DNA of 64,000 nt, taken from assembly GCA_965249135.1 (NCBI GenBank), contig OZ252220.1, positions 320,001-384,000 of the forward strand, given 5' to 3'. The position numbers and the translations under genes were made by a program. Origin of the DNA: Alphaproteobacteria bacterium. Lineage in GTDB: Bacteria; Pseudomonadota; Alphaproteobacteria; GCA-2746255. This document shows positions 1-8,341 of the stretch, in pieces. Each line of letters starts with the position of its first letter. Within the stretch, counting starts at the first letter, position 1. The notes under the pieces were generated by a model that made no database searches, had not been told where the DNA came from, and worked only from the letters and a program-made list of their open reading frames with translations.

Positions 1-2
1 AC

Positions 3-1346
3 TTGAGTCTTTACGACTCCCTAACAGGCCTGTCGAATCGAACGCTTTTTCATGACCGACTGGATCAAGCGATCGCACTTTCACAGCGTAATAAATCTCC
101 CTTTGCCGTGTTCATGATGGATCTCGATCGATTCAAGGAAATCAATGACACGCTGGGCCATCATTCAGGCGACCAAGTCCTTAAAAAGATAGCGGAAAGA
201 TTAGTGGGGACATGCCGTAAATCCGATACGATCGCCCGCTTTGGCGGTGATGAATTCACGGCCATTCTACCCACCGCATTGTCCTTGGAAGGCACGGTTG
301 CCCTTGCCGAAAAAATCATCCATGCGGTAGAGGCTCCCATCGCGCTTCATGATCGCTTTGTCGATGTTGGGATCAGCATCGGTATCACGCTTTTTCCGGA
401 TCATGGTTTCGATGCCTCAACGCTTTGTCGTCATGCCGATCAGGCGATGTACGAGGCAAAACGTCTGAACAGTGGTTATGCCCTTTACAATCTCACCGAA
501 AATGACCAAGCGCATCGCCGACTTCTCTATGCCAGCGAACTGCGTGAGGCCCCCAAACGAAACGAACTGAAACTCGAATATCAGCCGAAAGTTTCCCTGA
601 AGACGGGCGAGATCGTCGGTGTCGAGGCCTTGGTGCGCTGGCATCATCCCGTTCATGGCCTTCTACCCCCCGGCGAGTTCATCCCCGCGGCAGAACGCAC
701 CGCCGTGATCAAAACCCCGACCGAAGCGACGATCAACATGGGGCTCGAGCAAGCGGACGCTTGGCATCGAGCGGGGCTGTCCTTGCCGGTGGCGATCAAC
801 GTATCGCCGCGTGCCCTGCATGATTGGGATCTGCCCGACCGGGTGGTAAGGCTGCTGGATCAATGGCGAGTCTCGACCGAATTTTTGATTCTGGAGATCA
901 CCGAAGGCGCATTGATGTTAGATTTAGACCGTGTCTTGGATATCCTCACCTGCTTCGACTCCATGGGCGTTAGGATCTCGGTCGACGATTTCGGAACGGG
1001 GTTTTCATCGTTTTCCTACCTTAAAAAATTGCCCATCCATGAAATTAAGATCGATCGATCGTTCATTACGAACATCACGACCGATGCGAACGACATGGCG
1101 ATCGTGCAGTCCTTGCTTTACTTGGCGGAAAGGTTGGGGGTCACGGTCGTCGCCGAGGGGATCGAATCCCAGCAGACTCTGGATTTGCTTACCGAACTCG
1201 GCTGTGGCGTGGCCCAAGGCTACCATATCGCTCGTCCGATGCCGGCACAAAAACTGCCCGATTGGATCCGCAAATATGCCTCGAGCTTCGCAGCCGCGGC
1301 TGGCGGCAAGGAACCCCTGCCGAGACGCTCCGAGCGGGGTGCCTGA
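3..1346 (+). CDS. GGDEF-EAL diguanylate cyclase/phosphodiesterase (probably 5'-truncated by the window edge)
   Basis: YDSLTGLSNR, DLDRFKEINDTLGH, RKSD I-site, GGDEF, EALVRW, DDFGTGFSS, EIKIDRSF, VAEGIE, QGY motifs. Confidence 0.93.
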   Translation: MSLYDSLTGLSNRTLFHDRLDQAIALSQRNKSPFAVFMMDLDRFKEINDTLGHHSGDQVLKKIAERLVGTCRKSDTIARFGGDEFTAILPTALSLEGTVALAEKIIHAVEAPIALHDRFVDVGISIGITLFPDHGFDASTLCRHADQAMYEAKRLNSGYALYNLTENDQAHRRLLYASELREAPKRNELKLEYQPKVSLKTGEIVGVEALVRWHHPVHGLLPPGEFIPAAERTAVIKTPTEATINMGLEQADAWHRAGLSLPVAINVSPRALHDWDLPDRVVRLLDQWRVSTEFLILEITEGALMLDLDRVLDILTCFDSMGVRISVDDFGTGFSSFSYLKKLPIHEIKIDRSFITNITTDANDMAIVQSLLYLAERLGVTVVAEGIESQQTLDLLTELGCGVAQGYHIARPMPAQKLPDWIRKYASSFAAAAGGKEPLPRRSERGA

Positions 1347-1360
1347 AGGGCGCCGGCCGG

Positions 1361-2113
1361 CTAGACGCTGGCCTGCCAACGCGCCGGTTCCGGGTGATCC
1401 GTGAAGATGGCGCTCACCTTCCAGCCGAAAAGCGTTTTCGCGCGGTCCGGCTCGTTGACCGTATAGACCAGCACGGCGTAGCCATTCGCGACAAGAAGGG
1501 CGGTCCGGGCCTTCGTGAGAAAGGTGTTGCTGGCGTGCACGGAAACGCAGCCCCAGGCGCGTTCGCTCAATACGGCCTCGCTTGGCACCTGCGTCACGAC
1601 GAGGCCGCGTGGGAAATCGGGCACCACTTGCGCGGCGGCGCGTAGCACGGCGGGAGAATCGCTCGAGATGAGCGGCGGCGGAAGCGTAGCCGGCCAATCT
1701 TCGCGCAAGGTCGTGGCGATCGCCTGCCCGACCGTATCTTCTTCACCGGCCTCTGCCTTGATCTCGATATTCGCGGCAAGCCCAAGCTCCCCGCAAAGCG
1801 CCATAAAGGCCTCCAGCGTCGGCACCGGCTCGCCCGCGAAATCCGCTGAAAACCAAGCGCCGGCGTCAAGCTCGGCAATCGCCTCATAGGACGTTTGCGA
1901 AACGAAGCCCTTGCCGTTCGTCGTGCGATCGAGGATGGCATCGTGCATGAGCACGAGGTGTCCGGAAGCCGTCCGGCGAACGTCGACCTCGACCCAGCGG
2001 GCACCGAGTTCGCCCGCCCGGCGGATCGCGGCCAGGGTGTTCTCCGGTGCCACCCCACTTGCTCCACGATGGGCGATCACCGGTTCAAGCCAGGGCAGAG
2101 GGCCTGGGCGCAT
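1361..2113 (-). CDS. ugpQ: Glycerophosphodiester phosphodiesterase (UgpQ-like)
   Basis: IAHRGASGVAPENT, EVDV, HDAILDRTTNG, NIEIK, YTVN, IFTD; ATG at 2113 follows a GGGAGAGGA RBS. Confidence 0.88.
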   Translation of the reverse strand: MRPGPLPWLEPVIAHRGASGVAPENTLAAIRRAGELGARWVEVDVRRTASGHLVLMHDAILDRTTNGKGFVSQTSYEAIAELDAGAWFSADFAGEPVPTLEAFMALCGELGLAANIEIKAEAGEEDTVGQAIATTLREDWPATLPPPLISSDSPAVLRAAAQVVPDFPRGLVVTQVPSEAVLSERAWGCVSVHASNTFLTKARTALLVANGYAVLVYTVNEPDRAKTLFGWKVSAIFTDHPEPARWQASV

Positions 2114-2230
2114 GCATCCTCTCCCGAAAAGGGCGTCCGGATAAGCGTGGACGGCTTTTCGGTGAGACACAAGCCGTGTTCGGCGCCTGCCGGCAGATGG
2201 AGCGGCAAGCCCAAAACAAAAAATATGAGA

Positions 2231-3529
2231 TTAAGACGCCACTGCTTCCGCGACCTGCTTGCTGTCTTCGCCGAAATAGACCCCTTCCATGTTCGTGCCT
2301 TCGATGATCGCGTTCTTCATGTTGGTGTCGCGAAGATCGGCGCCGCGCAGGTCGGCATTCGTCAAATTCGCCGACGTGAGATCCGCCCCGCTCAGGTTGG
2401 TCTCCAAAAGGGCCGCGCGGGTAAGATTGGTAGGCCAGCGGCGCCCGGTCGCGATGCCGTTTTGATCCCTGAGCTCCACCGGGTAAAGCCGCGCCTTGTG
2501 AAGATTCGTGCCGCTTAAGTCCGCTTCCGAGAAGCTGGCGCCGGACAGAAGGCTTCCTTCCATGTTCGCCCCCTGAAGGCCCGCCCCGGAAAAGTCGGTC
2601 AACTCGAAAGTCCCACCATGCAGGTCGGTTTCGGAGAGATTGGTGCCTTTCAGGCTGGCACCGCTTAAATCCACACCGGCCAGATTTAGCCAGCTCAGGT
2701 CATAGCCGTCCAATATGGCCTGTTCGCCCATTTTGCCGCGGCTCTTCACCCACTTCAGGTGGTTGCCGAGGATGACATGGATCGTCTTCTTCCGGTCCGT
2801 CGGTGGCGCAGGAAGTCGCGTATTATGCACTCTTGCAAGGGCCAGAGGCACATCCACCAGGTTGGCCGTCTCCAAGTTTGCGTTCGAGAAATCCGCTCCC
2901 GTCACGTGAGTCTGGATCAGGGTGGCGCCACTGAAATTACAATTTTTAAGGTTGGCACCCCCAAGGTTCGCACCGGCAAGATTCGCGTGGTTTAGATTCG
3001 CGCCCTCGCAGTTCGCGCCCTTCATTCGGGTGCGAACCATCGTCGCGCCGGAAAAGTCGGCGCCAACCGCCGAACAGGCTTTCATGTCGGCACGCGTCAA
3101 ATTCGCGCCCTTTAATACGGCCTCGTCCAGGATCGAGCGGCCAAGATTGCTGCCGATGACCTCCCAGGTGCCCCTGCCCGTCATGACGGCGAGGCGGCCT
3201 TCCCGCAAATCCGCCCTTTCCAGGATAGCCCCGCTAAGATCGGCCTTATAGAAATTCACACCGTGCAGATCGGCGCCCGTGAAATTCGCATGCGCGAGCA
3301 TCGAATAGGAGAACTCGGCCGCGTATAGGTTCGCATTTTCGAGGTTGGCACCGCTCAAATTGCAGTTTTTAAAGGACACGCCACTCAGGTTCGCCCGGCT
3401 CAAGTTCACGCTGGAGAGATCCAGGCCGGAAAGATCCAGCTTGGAGAAGTCGGCCTGCGCGCCCTCGGGTTTGCCTTGCAGCCACTGGTCGTGTTTCCGA
3501 AGCAACCGTATGATTTCATGAGGCGTCAC
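2231..3529 (-). CDS. Pentapeptide-repeat protein, paralog 1 (intact)
   Basis: Long A(N/D)LxG repeats; two HxxW cap motifs; LREGR and ELRD..TGRRWP inserts. Confidence 0.93.
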   Translation of the reverse strand: MTPHEIIRLLRKHDQWLQGKPEGAQADFSKLDLSGLDLSSVNLSRANLSGVSFKNCNLSGANLENANLYAAEFSYSMLAHANFTGADLHGVNFYKADLSGAILERADLREGRLAVMTGRGTWEVIGSNLGRSILDEAVLKGANLTRADMKACSAVGADFSGATMVRTRMKGANCEGANLNHANLAGANLGGANLKNCNFSGATLIQTHVTGADFSNANLETANLVDVPLALARVHNTRLPAPPTDRKKTIHVILGNHLKWVKSRGKMGEQAILDGYDLSWLNLAGVDLSGASLKGTNLSETDLHGGTFELTDFSGAGLQGANMEGSLLSGASFSEADLSGTNLHKARLYPVELRDQNGIATGRRWPTNLTRAALLETNLSGADLTSANLTNADLRGADLRDTNMKNAIIEGTNMEGVYFGEDSKQVAEAVAS

Positions 3530-3571
3530 ATTACACCCAATTGTAGGCTTGGTTATTTATGCGTTTGTCGT

Positions 3572-4851
3572 TCATGCGGCCGAATCCTCGTACTGACCCG
3601 GCCTTAATGTGGCGATATCGATGATCGCATGGGAAAAGACCACGCCATCAAGATCCGCGCCACGCAGGTTGGCATCGGTAAGATTCGCTGCCGTAAAATC
3701 GGCCCCTGCCAGGCGAGCGTCGATAAGCGTCGCGCGCGTAAGATTGGATGGCCACATGCGTCCCGTGCGTTTGCCGATGGGATCCCGAAGTTCGATCGAG
3801 ACCAATTGCGCATTGTGAAGATTTGCCCCGCTCAGGTTCGCCTCCATTAGATTGGCGCCGGCGAGCAGCGCCCCTTCGAGGTTCGCGTCCTGGAGGATGG
3901 CGTAGGAAAAGTCGGTAAGCTCGAAAATCCCGCCACTAAGATACGCCTCGGAAAGATCCGCCCCTCTGAGGCTGGCGCCGCTTAAGTCAATCCCTGCAAA
4001 CTTCCGGCCGCTTAGATCATACCCATCCAGGATCGCTCGCTGGCCGGCTCTTCCCCGGGTTTCGACCCAACGCTGATGATCCTTGAGAATGCTTTTAAGT
4101 GGTTTCGCCTGTCTCTGGAATGAAACGGGGAGCTTTGCCCCGTGCAGCTTGGCAAATTCGATCGGCGCATCCTAAAGATTTGCGGTATCGAGGGTCGCGT
4201 TCGAAAAATCGGTTCCATGAACATCGGCCCGGACAAGGGTTGCCGCGTTGAAATTACCGCCGGCGAAGTTTGCTTCCACAAGCTTTGCATCGGTAAGATT
4301 GGCTTAGCTTAGATTCGCTTTTCGCCAGTCCGCGTTGTTAAATTTGGCGTCGGTAAGGATGGCCCCGGAAAGATCGGCGTCTTTGCCCGAACTCCCGCAC
4401 AAGTCGGCCCCGGCTAAATTCACATCCGCCAGCTCGCCCTCATCGAGAACGGCATCGGTGAGATCGGCGGCAATGGACGAGGCCTTCCAATCGCCCGATT
4501 CGCTCCAGGAGGCGACGCGGCCTTCTCTTAGGTCCGCATTTTCGAGTTTGGCCCGCTTGAGGACGGCCTTGTGGAGGCTTACGCCCTGCATGTCGGCGCC
4601 CTGGAAATCCGTTGGATCAGGTTCGTGAGCGAGAGGTCTGCCGCCGGCAGATGTGCGCCTGAGAGATTAGCGCCGCTAAGGTTGCTGCGCTTGAAATTGA
4701 CGCTGCTTAGCTCGGCTTGGCTCAGATTCGAGTAAGAGAAATCCAGGCCCGAGAGGTTAAGATTCGCAAGGTTCGCCTGCACACCGCCGGTCTTGCCTTG
4801 CAGCCATCTCTCATGCTTCCGAAGAAGCCGTATGATATCTTTGGGTGACAT
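3572..4851 (-). pseudogene. Pentapeptide-repeat protein, paralog 2 (pseudogene)
   Basis: Colinear with paralogs 1 and 3 from MSPKDIIRLLRKH to ELRDPIGKRTGRMWP; frameshift near 4612, in-frame TAA at 4304-4306 and TAG at 4172-4174 (translated by hand). Confidence 0.9.
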
Positions 4852-5148
4852 ATCGCACCTCTTGCATCCGTGTCCACGCGAAGCGATTCAATTTTTTCTG
4901 CTTAACAGGAAGAAACCTTACCCATTCCTTTTTCGCCTAACGGGAATAAACCTTAAATCGGATAGGTATTTCAATAACTTTCGATTCGGATTTATTTTGA
5001 ATTCTTTTCAAATTTAGATAAAATTTTTCCTTTCAACGGAATCATTCAACGGCACACCTCGTATGGTGCCATTTTCCACCAAGAAGAATTTAATTTTCGA
5101 AAAGTTTTATGGAAATCGGGCACGTTGCCCAATGCGGACGTCGCGAGG

Positions 5149-6477
5149 TTAGCCCGCCTTTTTTTGTCTTGCGACGTCCTCGGGTATTGTTTGTTTTGCG
5201 ACGTCCTCGATCACGCCGTTGAAGGAAATGACGTCCTTGAACTTCGCCCCCTCCATATTCGCACCGTTAATGATCGTCCGGGCCATGTTAGCGCCGCTGA
5301 GATCGGCGCCGCGCAGATCGGCCCCGGTCAGATTGGCTTCCGTCAGATCCGCCAACAAGGCTGCCCGGCTAAGATTGGTGGGCCACATCCGCCCCGTGGC
5401 GCCGCCCTTGTGGTCCCGAAGCTCGACCGAGAGAAGCCGCGCCTTGTGAAGGTTCGCGCCGGTCAGGTCCGCCTCCATCAGGTTCGTTCCCGCCATATGC
5501 GCGCCCTCCAGATTCGTGTTCTGAAGTGTCGCACGACCCAGATCGGAAAGCTCGAACGTGCAACCGCGAAGGTCCGCATGGGTCAGATCGACGCCTTTCA
5601 TGCTGGCGCCGCTTAAATCCCTACCGGCAAGGTTTAGATTGCTGAGGTCGTAGCCGTCGAAATTGGCCCGCTCGCCCACTCTTCCCCGGCTTTCGATCCA
5701 ATGCAGGTGATCGCTGAGCACCACCTTGATCGGCTTCTTTCCCTTCGGAGGCGCGATAGAAAGCTTGGCAGTTTTCGCATTCGCAAGCCCCATCTCCACA
5801 TCCATTAGGTTTGCCGTTTCGAGGTCCACATTTGAGAAATCCGTCCCCGTCACGTGGGCGCGGGCGAGGTTGGGTTCGTCGAGATTGCAGCCGGAGAGAT
5901 TTGTCTGCCCGAGATCGGCCCCGGCAAGGTTCGATTTGCTTAAATTGGCGCCCTTGAGATTCGATCCCTGAAGTTTCACGCCCACCAGCATCGCGCCGGA
6001 TAAATCGGCATCGACCGCGGAAACATTCTTCAGATTAGCGCGAGTCAGATTGGCGTTCTTCAGAATGGCTTCGTTCAGAACGGATTTGCCGAGATCGCTG
6101 CCGACGGTCTTCCAGCTACCCTTTTGACTCACATCGATCAGGCGGCCTTCCCGCAAATCGGCGCCTTCCAGATTGGCGCCAGTAAGGTCAGTTTTCGTAA
6201 GATTCGCGCCATGCAGATCGGCCTTCGCGAGGTTTGCTTTTCTCAGGATCGCTTTGGAAAGATCCGACGCATAGAGGTCGGCGCCTGCCAAATTGGCGCC
6301 GGTCAGATTGCAGTTTCTGAGTATCGCGCCATTCATGCGGGCCTTGCTCAGATTCGTATAAGAAAGATCGAGGCCCGATAGATCGGTCTGGACTAAGTTT
6401 GCGCGCTCGCCGTCGGGCCTGCCGTTCAGCCATTTCTCGTGCTTGCGAAGAAGCCGTATGATCTCATAGGGCGTCAA
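5149..6477 (-). CDS. Pentapeptide-repeat protein, paralog 3
   Basis: MTPYEIIRLLRKHEKWL N-cap; same architecture as paralog 1. Confidence 0.93.
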   Translation of the reverse strand: MTPYEIIRLLRKHEKWLNGRPDGERANLVQTDLSGLDLSYTNLSKARMNGAILRNCNLTGANLAGADLYASDLSKAILRKANLAKADLHGANLTKTDLTGANLEGADLREGRLIDVSQKGSWKTVGSDLGKSVLNEAILKNANLTRANLKNVSAVDADLSGAMLVGVKLQGSNLKGANLSKSNLAGADLGQTNLSGCNLDEPNLARAHVTGTDFSNVDLETANLMDVEMGLANAKTAKLSIAPPKGKKPIKVVLSDHLHWIESRGRVGERANFDGYDLSNLNLAGRDLSGASMKGVDLTHADLRGCTFELSDLGRATLQNTNLEGAHMAGTNLMEADLTGANLHKARLLSVELRDHKGGATGRMWPTNLSRAALLADLTEANLTGADLRGADLSGANMARTIINGANMEGAKFKDVISFNGVIEDVAKQTIPEDVARQKKAG

Positions 6478-6643
6478 ATGGCACCTCCCGAGAGATGGGC
6501 ATGGTCGCTCCCTCTGGCCATCGAGCCCTTGCGTATCGGTGTGTGGAAGCCGTTCCTAAGGTTTTCCATGTGCTTTCGCATGGTCGTTTGCCAGCCCTGA
6601 ATTTTGCCGAACCTCTCCGTATACAATCGATAGAATAGACGTC

Positions 6644-6671
6644 TTAAGAAAAAACTAAGGATTTTGTTAAC
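6644..6671. promoter_or_regulatory. Overlapping CtrA-like boxes upstream of pentapeptide paralog 3
   Basis: TTAA-GAAAAAA-CTAA and TAAG-GATTTTG-TTAAC, near matches to TTAA-N7-TTAA(C). Confidence 0.4.
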
Positions 6672-6741
6672 TACAGGAATCCATCGCAGAATCGCTTGAC
6701 CTTGCTGCCATTGCTTCGCTGCCATTGCCGCCGGCCGGAGC

Positions 6742-6951
6742 CTAGTCCTCGCAACAGGCGCGTGCTTCCTGGACGGGCGGGCAGGGAACGGTCCCATAGG
6801 AACAGAAGACGCAGCAATCCCCTTTCTTCGGCTTGAGAAGCGCGTCACATGTCTCGCATTCATAGAAATAGATACAGGCCTCCGTCGGCATGCTTTCGGC
6901 TTTTTCGTGCCTGCATTCCGGGCAGGTAATGACGGAAACTGTCTCAACCAT
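6742..6951 (-). CDS. GDCCVxC domain small Cys-rich protein
   Basis: ITCPEC...MPTEACIYFYEC..C..LLKPKKGDCCVFCSYGTVPCPPVQ family signature. Confidence 0.9.
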   Translation of the reverse strand: MVETVSVITCPECRHEKAESMPTEACIYFYECETCDALLKPKKGDCCVFCSYGTVPCPPVQEARACCED

Positions 6952-7145
6952 TGGGCTGTGTCCTTTTCGAATATGGCACCGAAGCCACCATTTGTCCTGA
7001 TCTTTGAGCCAACCCCACAAATCCGGCAGGATGGATGTGGCTGCCGAAATGAGAGTTCTCTTGCCCTCGATTCGCAGTTAAACCGATCGTTCTGCTTGGT
7101 TATCGGGGCGGTCCGCCTCGATTCAGTATTCGCGCGGGGAGGAAA

Positions 7146-7715
7146 ATGAAGAAATACAGCAAGCTTTTGCTCGCCCTCATTCTTGTCGGTGGGCTCGTTG
7201 GCTGCGGGCGGGCAACCCAGGTCAATATCCCAAAACCGACGGCACAGCAGGTACCGGGCGCCGCCCCGTTGGTGGAAAAGCTCTCGATGGCGGACCGGTC
7301 TACTTTTGGTAACGCCACCTTCGAATACATGTCCGACAACCTTTCAAACAAATATCACAAGTTCCCTGTCGGAGATTTTCTTCTGGGGCATTTGCTTGCC
7401 GCCATGCCGAAGGATGCGGCCGTTACCTCGACGCAGCTTCAGAAATTTTTCGGAAAGTGTCACGCAGATGGCATTTTCATGCCGGAGTCGATTTGCGATG
7501 TTTCCTTGGTGGTTACAGTGGAAGCCGGAGGTTCGAAAAATATCATCGCCGTTCGCGTCGCAGAATCGCCCGGGCCCTGGGTAAGCTCCTTCGGTTCGAA
7601 TTACGCAAAAATGACGACGGAAGGGGAGGGCCAGAAAATCCTGGTCCAGGTCAGAGTATTGTTGCGCGCGCTCGCCGATGAGTTCGCGAAGCAATACAAA
7701 GCGCGGTCGACTTAG
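7146..7715 (+). CDS. Hypothetical lipoprotein
   Basis: GGAGG RBS; basic N-terminus, hydrophobic stretch and LVGC lipobox. Confidence 0.7.
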   Translation: MKKYSKLLLALILVGGLVGCGRATQVNIPKPTAQQVPGAAPLVEKLSMADRSTFGNATFEYMSDNLSNKYHKFPVGDFLLGHLLAAMPKDAAVTSTQLQKFFGKCHADGIFMPESICDVSLVVTVEAGGSKNIIAVRVAESPGPWVSSFGSNYAKMTTEGEGQKILVQVRVLLRALADEFAKQYKARST

Positions 7716-7840
7716 GCGTTTCCCCCTTCGAAACTTACAGTAAACTCAAGGATACGGGATACGGAACACGACCCGTCCGGTATTTCCGAGCACTTTCGTG
7801 TCTTCGGTTGAGGGACGCGAAAAAGTCCGTTAAGCTCTCC

Positions 7841-8013
7841 TTCGACGGTTCCCCGTTTCGGGGATAAGAAAGGGAACACGGTGAGGCCAAACGGGCCAAT
7901 GCCGTGGCTGCCCCCGCAACTGTAGGCGGAGGTTGCGTCCGTTGATGCCACTGGGCAACTGGGAAGGCAGGACGCAAGAACCTAATCCGCAAGTCAGGAG
8001 ACCTGCCGTCGAA
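7841..8013 (+). ncRNA. Cobalamin (B12) riboswitch
   Basis: P1 TTCGACGG/CCGTCGAA; AGGGAACACGGTG; CTGCCCCCGCAACTGT; GCCACTG..GGGAAGG; AGTCAGGAGACCTGCC; upstream of btuB. Confidence 0.95.
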
Positions 8014-8341
8014 TGTCACCAGCCGTTGGGCGGGGTTACTCCGACGGGTGCGGGTTTCCGTAGACGGTGACATGGCTTCGTTTGAAGGGTGTTGTCGGCA
8101 ACGGGAATCCGGTGCGAATGTTTTTTCCTAAAGCATCACATCTTTCGATTGAGAGGAACCGCCGGGGGTGGCGGATTCCTCTTTCTTCGCCACAGTTATT
8201 GGGGGCAGCAGACCCACCGTCGGAAGGCTTGGCAGGACCATGTTCGCCAGGCCGGAACGGAAAGGCGGGAGAACCCGGGCACCTTGCCGGGCCGGGCTCT
8301 CCCGTGAACGGGAAAACCCATTCACACAGACGGAGTCTGCA

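Noticed and set aside
4172-4306. Stop-codon readthrough or recoding (Sec, Pyl, alternative code) explaining in-frame stops
   Set aside because: All three stop types occur in frame across broken genes together with frameshifts, and intact genes end with TAA, TAG and TGA normally.
4860-5120. CtrA boxes upstream of pentapeptide paralog 2
   Set aside because: AT-rich with half-sites and GANTC sites, but no TTAA-N7-TTAA spacing.
2231-6477. CRISPR array or DGR-like repeats
   Set aside because: The repeats are degenerate 15-nt coding periodicity. There are no spacers, cas genes, reverse transcriptase or adenine-specific template pair.
6742-6951. Selenoprotein form of GDCCVxC
   Set aside because: No in-frame TGA; all the relevant positions are Cys.
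8101-8240. Complete second cobalamin riboswitch on the minus strand
   Set aside because: The reverse complement gives CTGCCCCC..AACTGT and GCCAC but lacks GGGAAGG, the AG(T/C)CAGGAGACC box and P1. Kept only as an anti-aptamer or relic.
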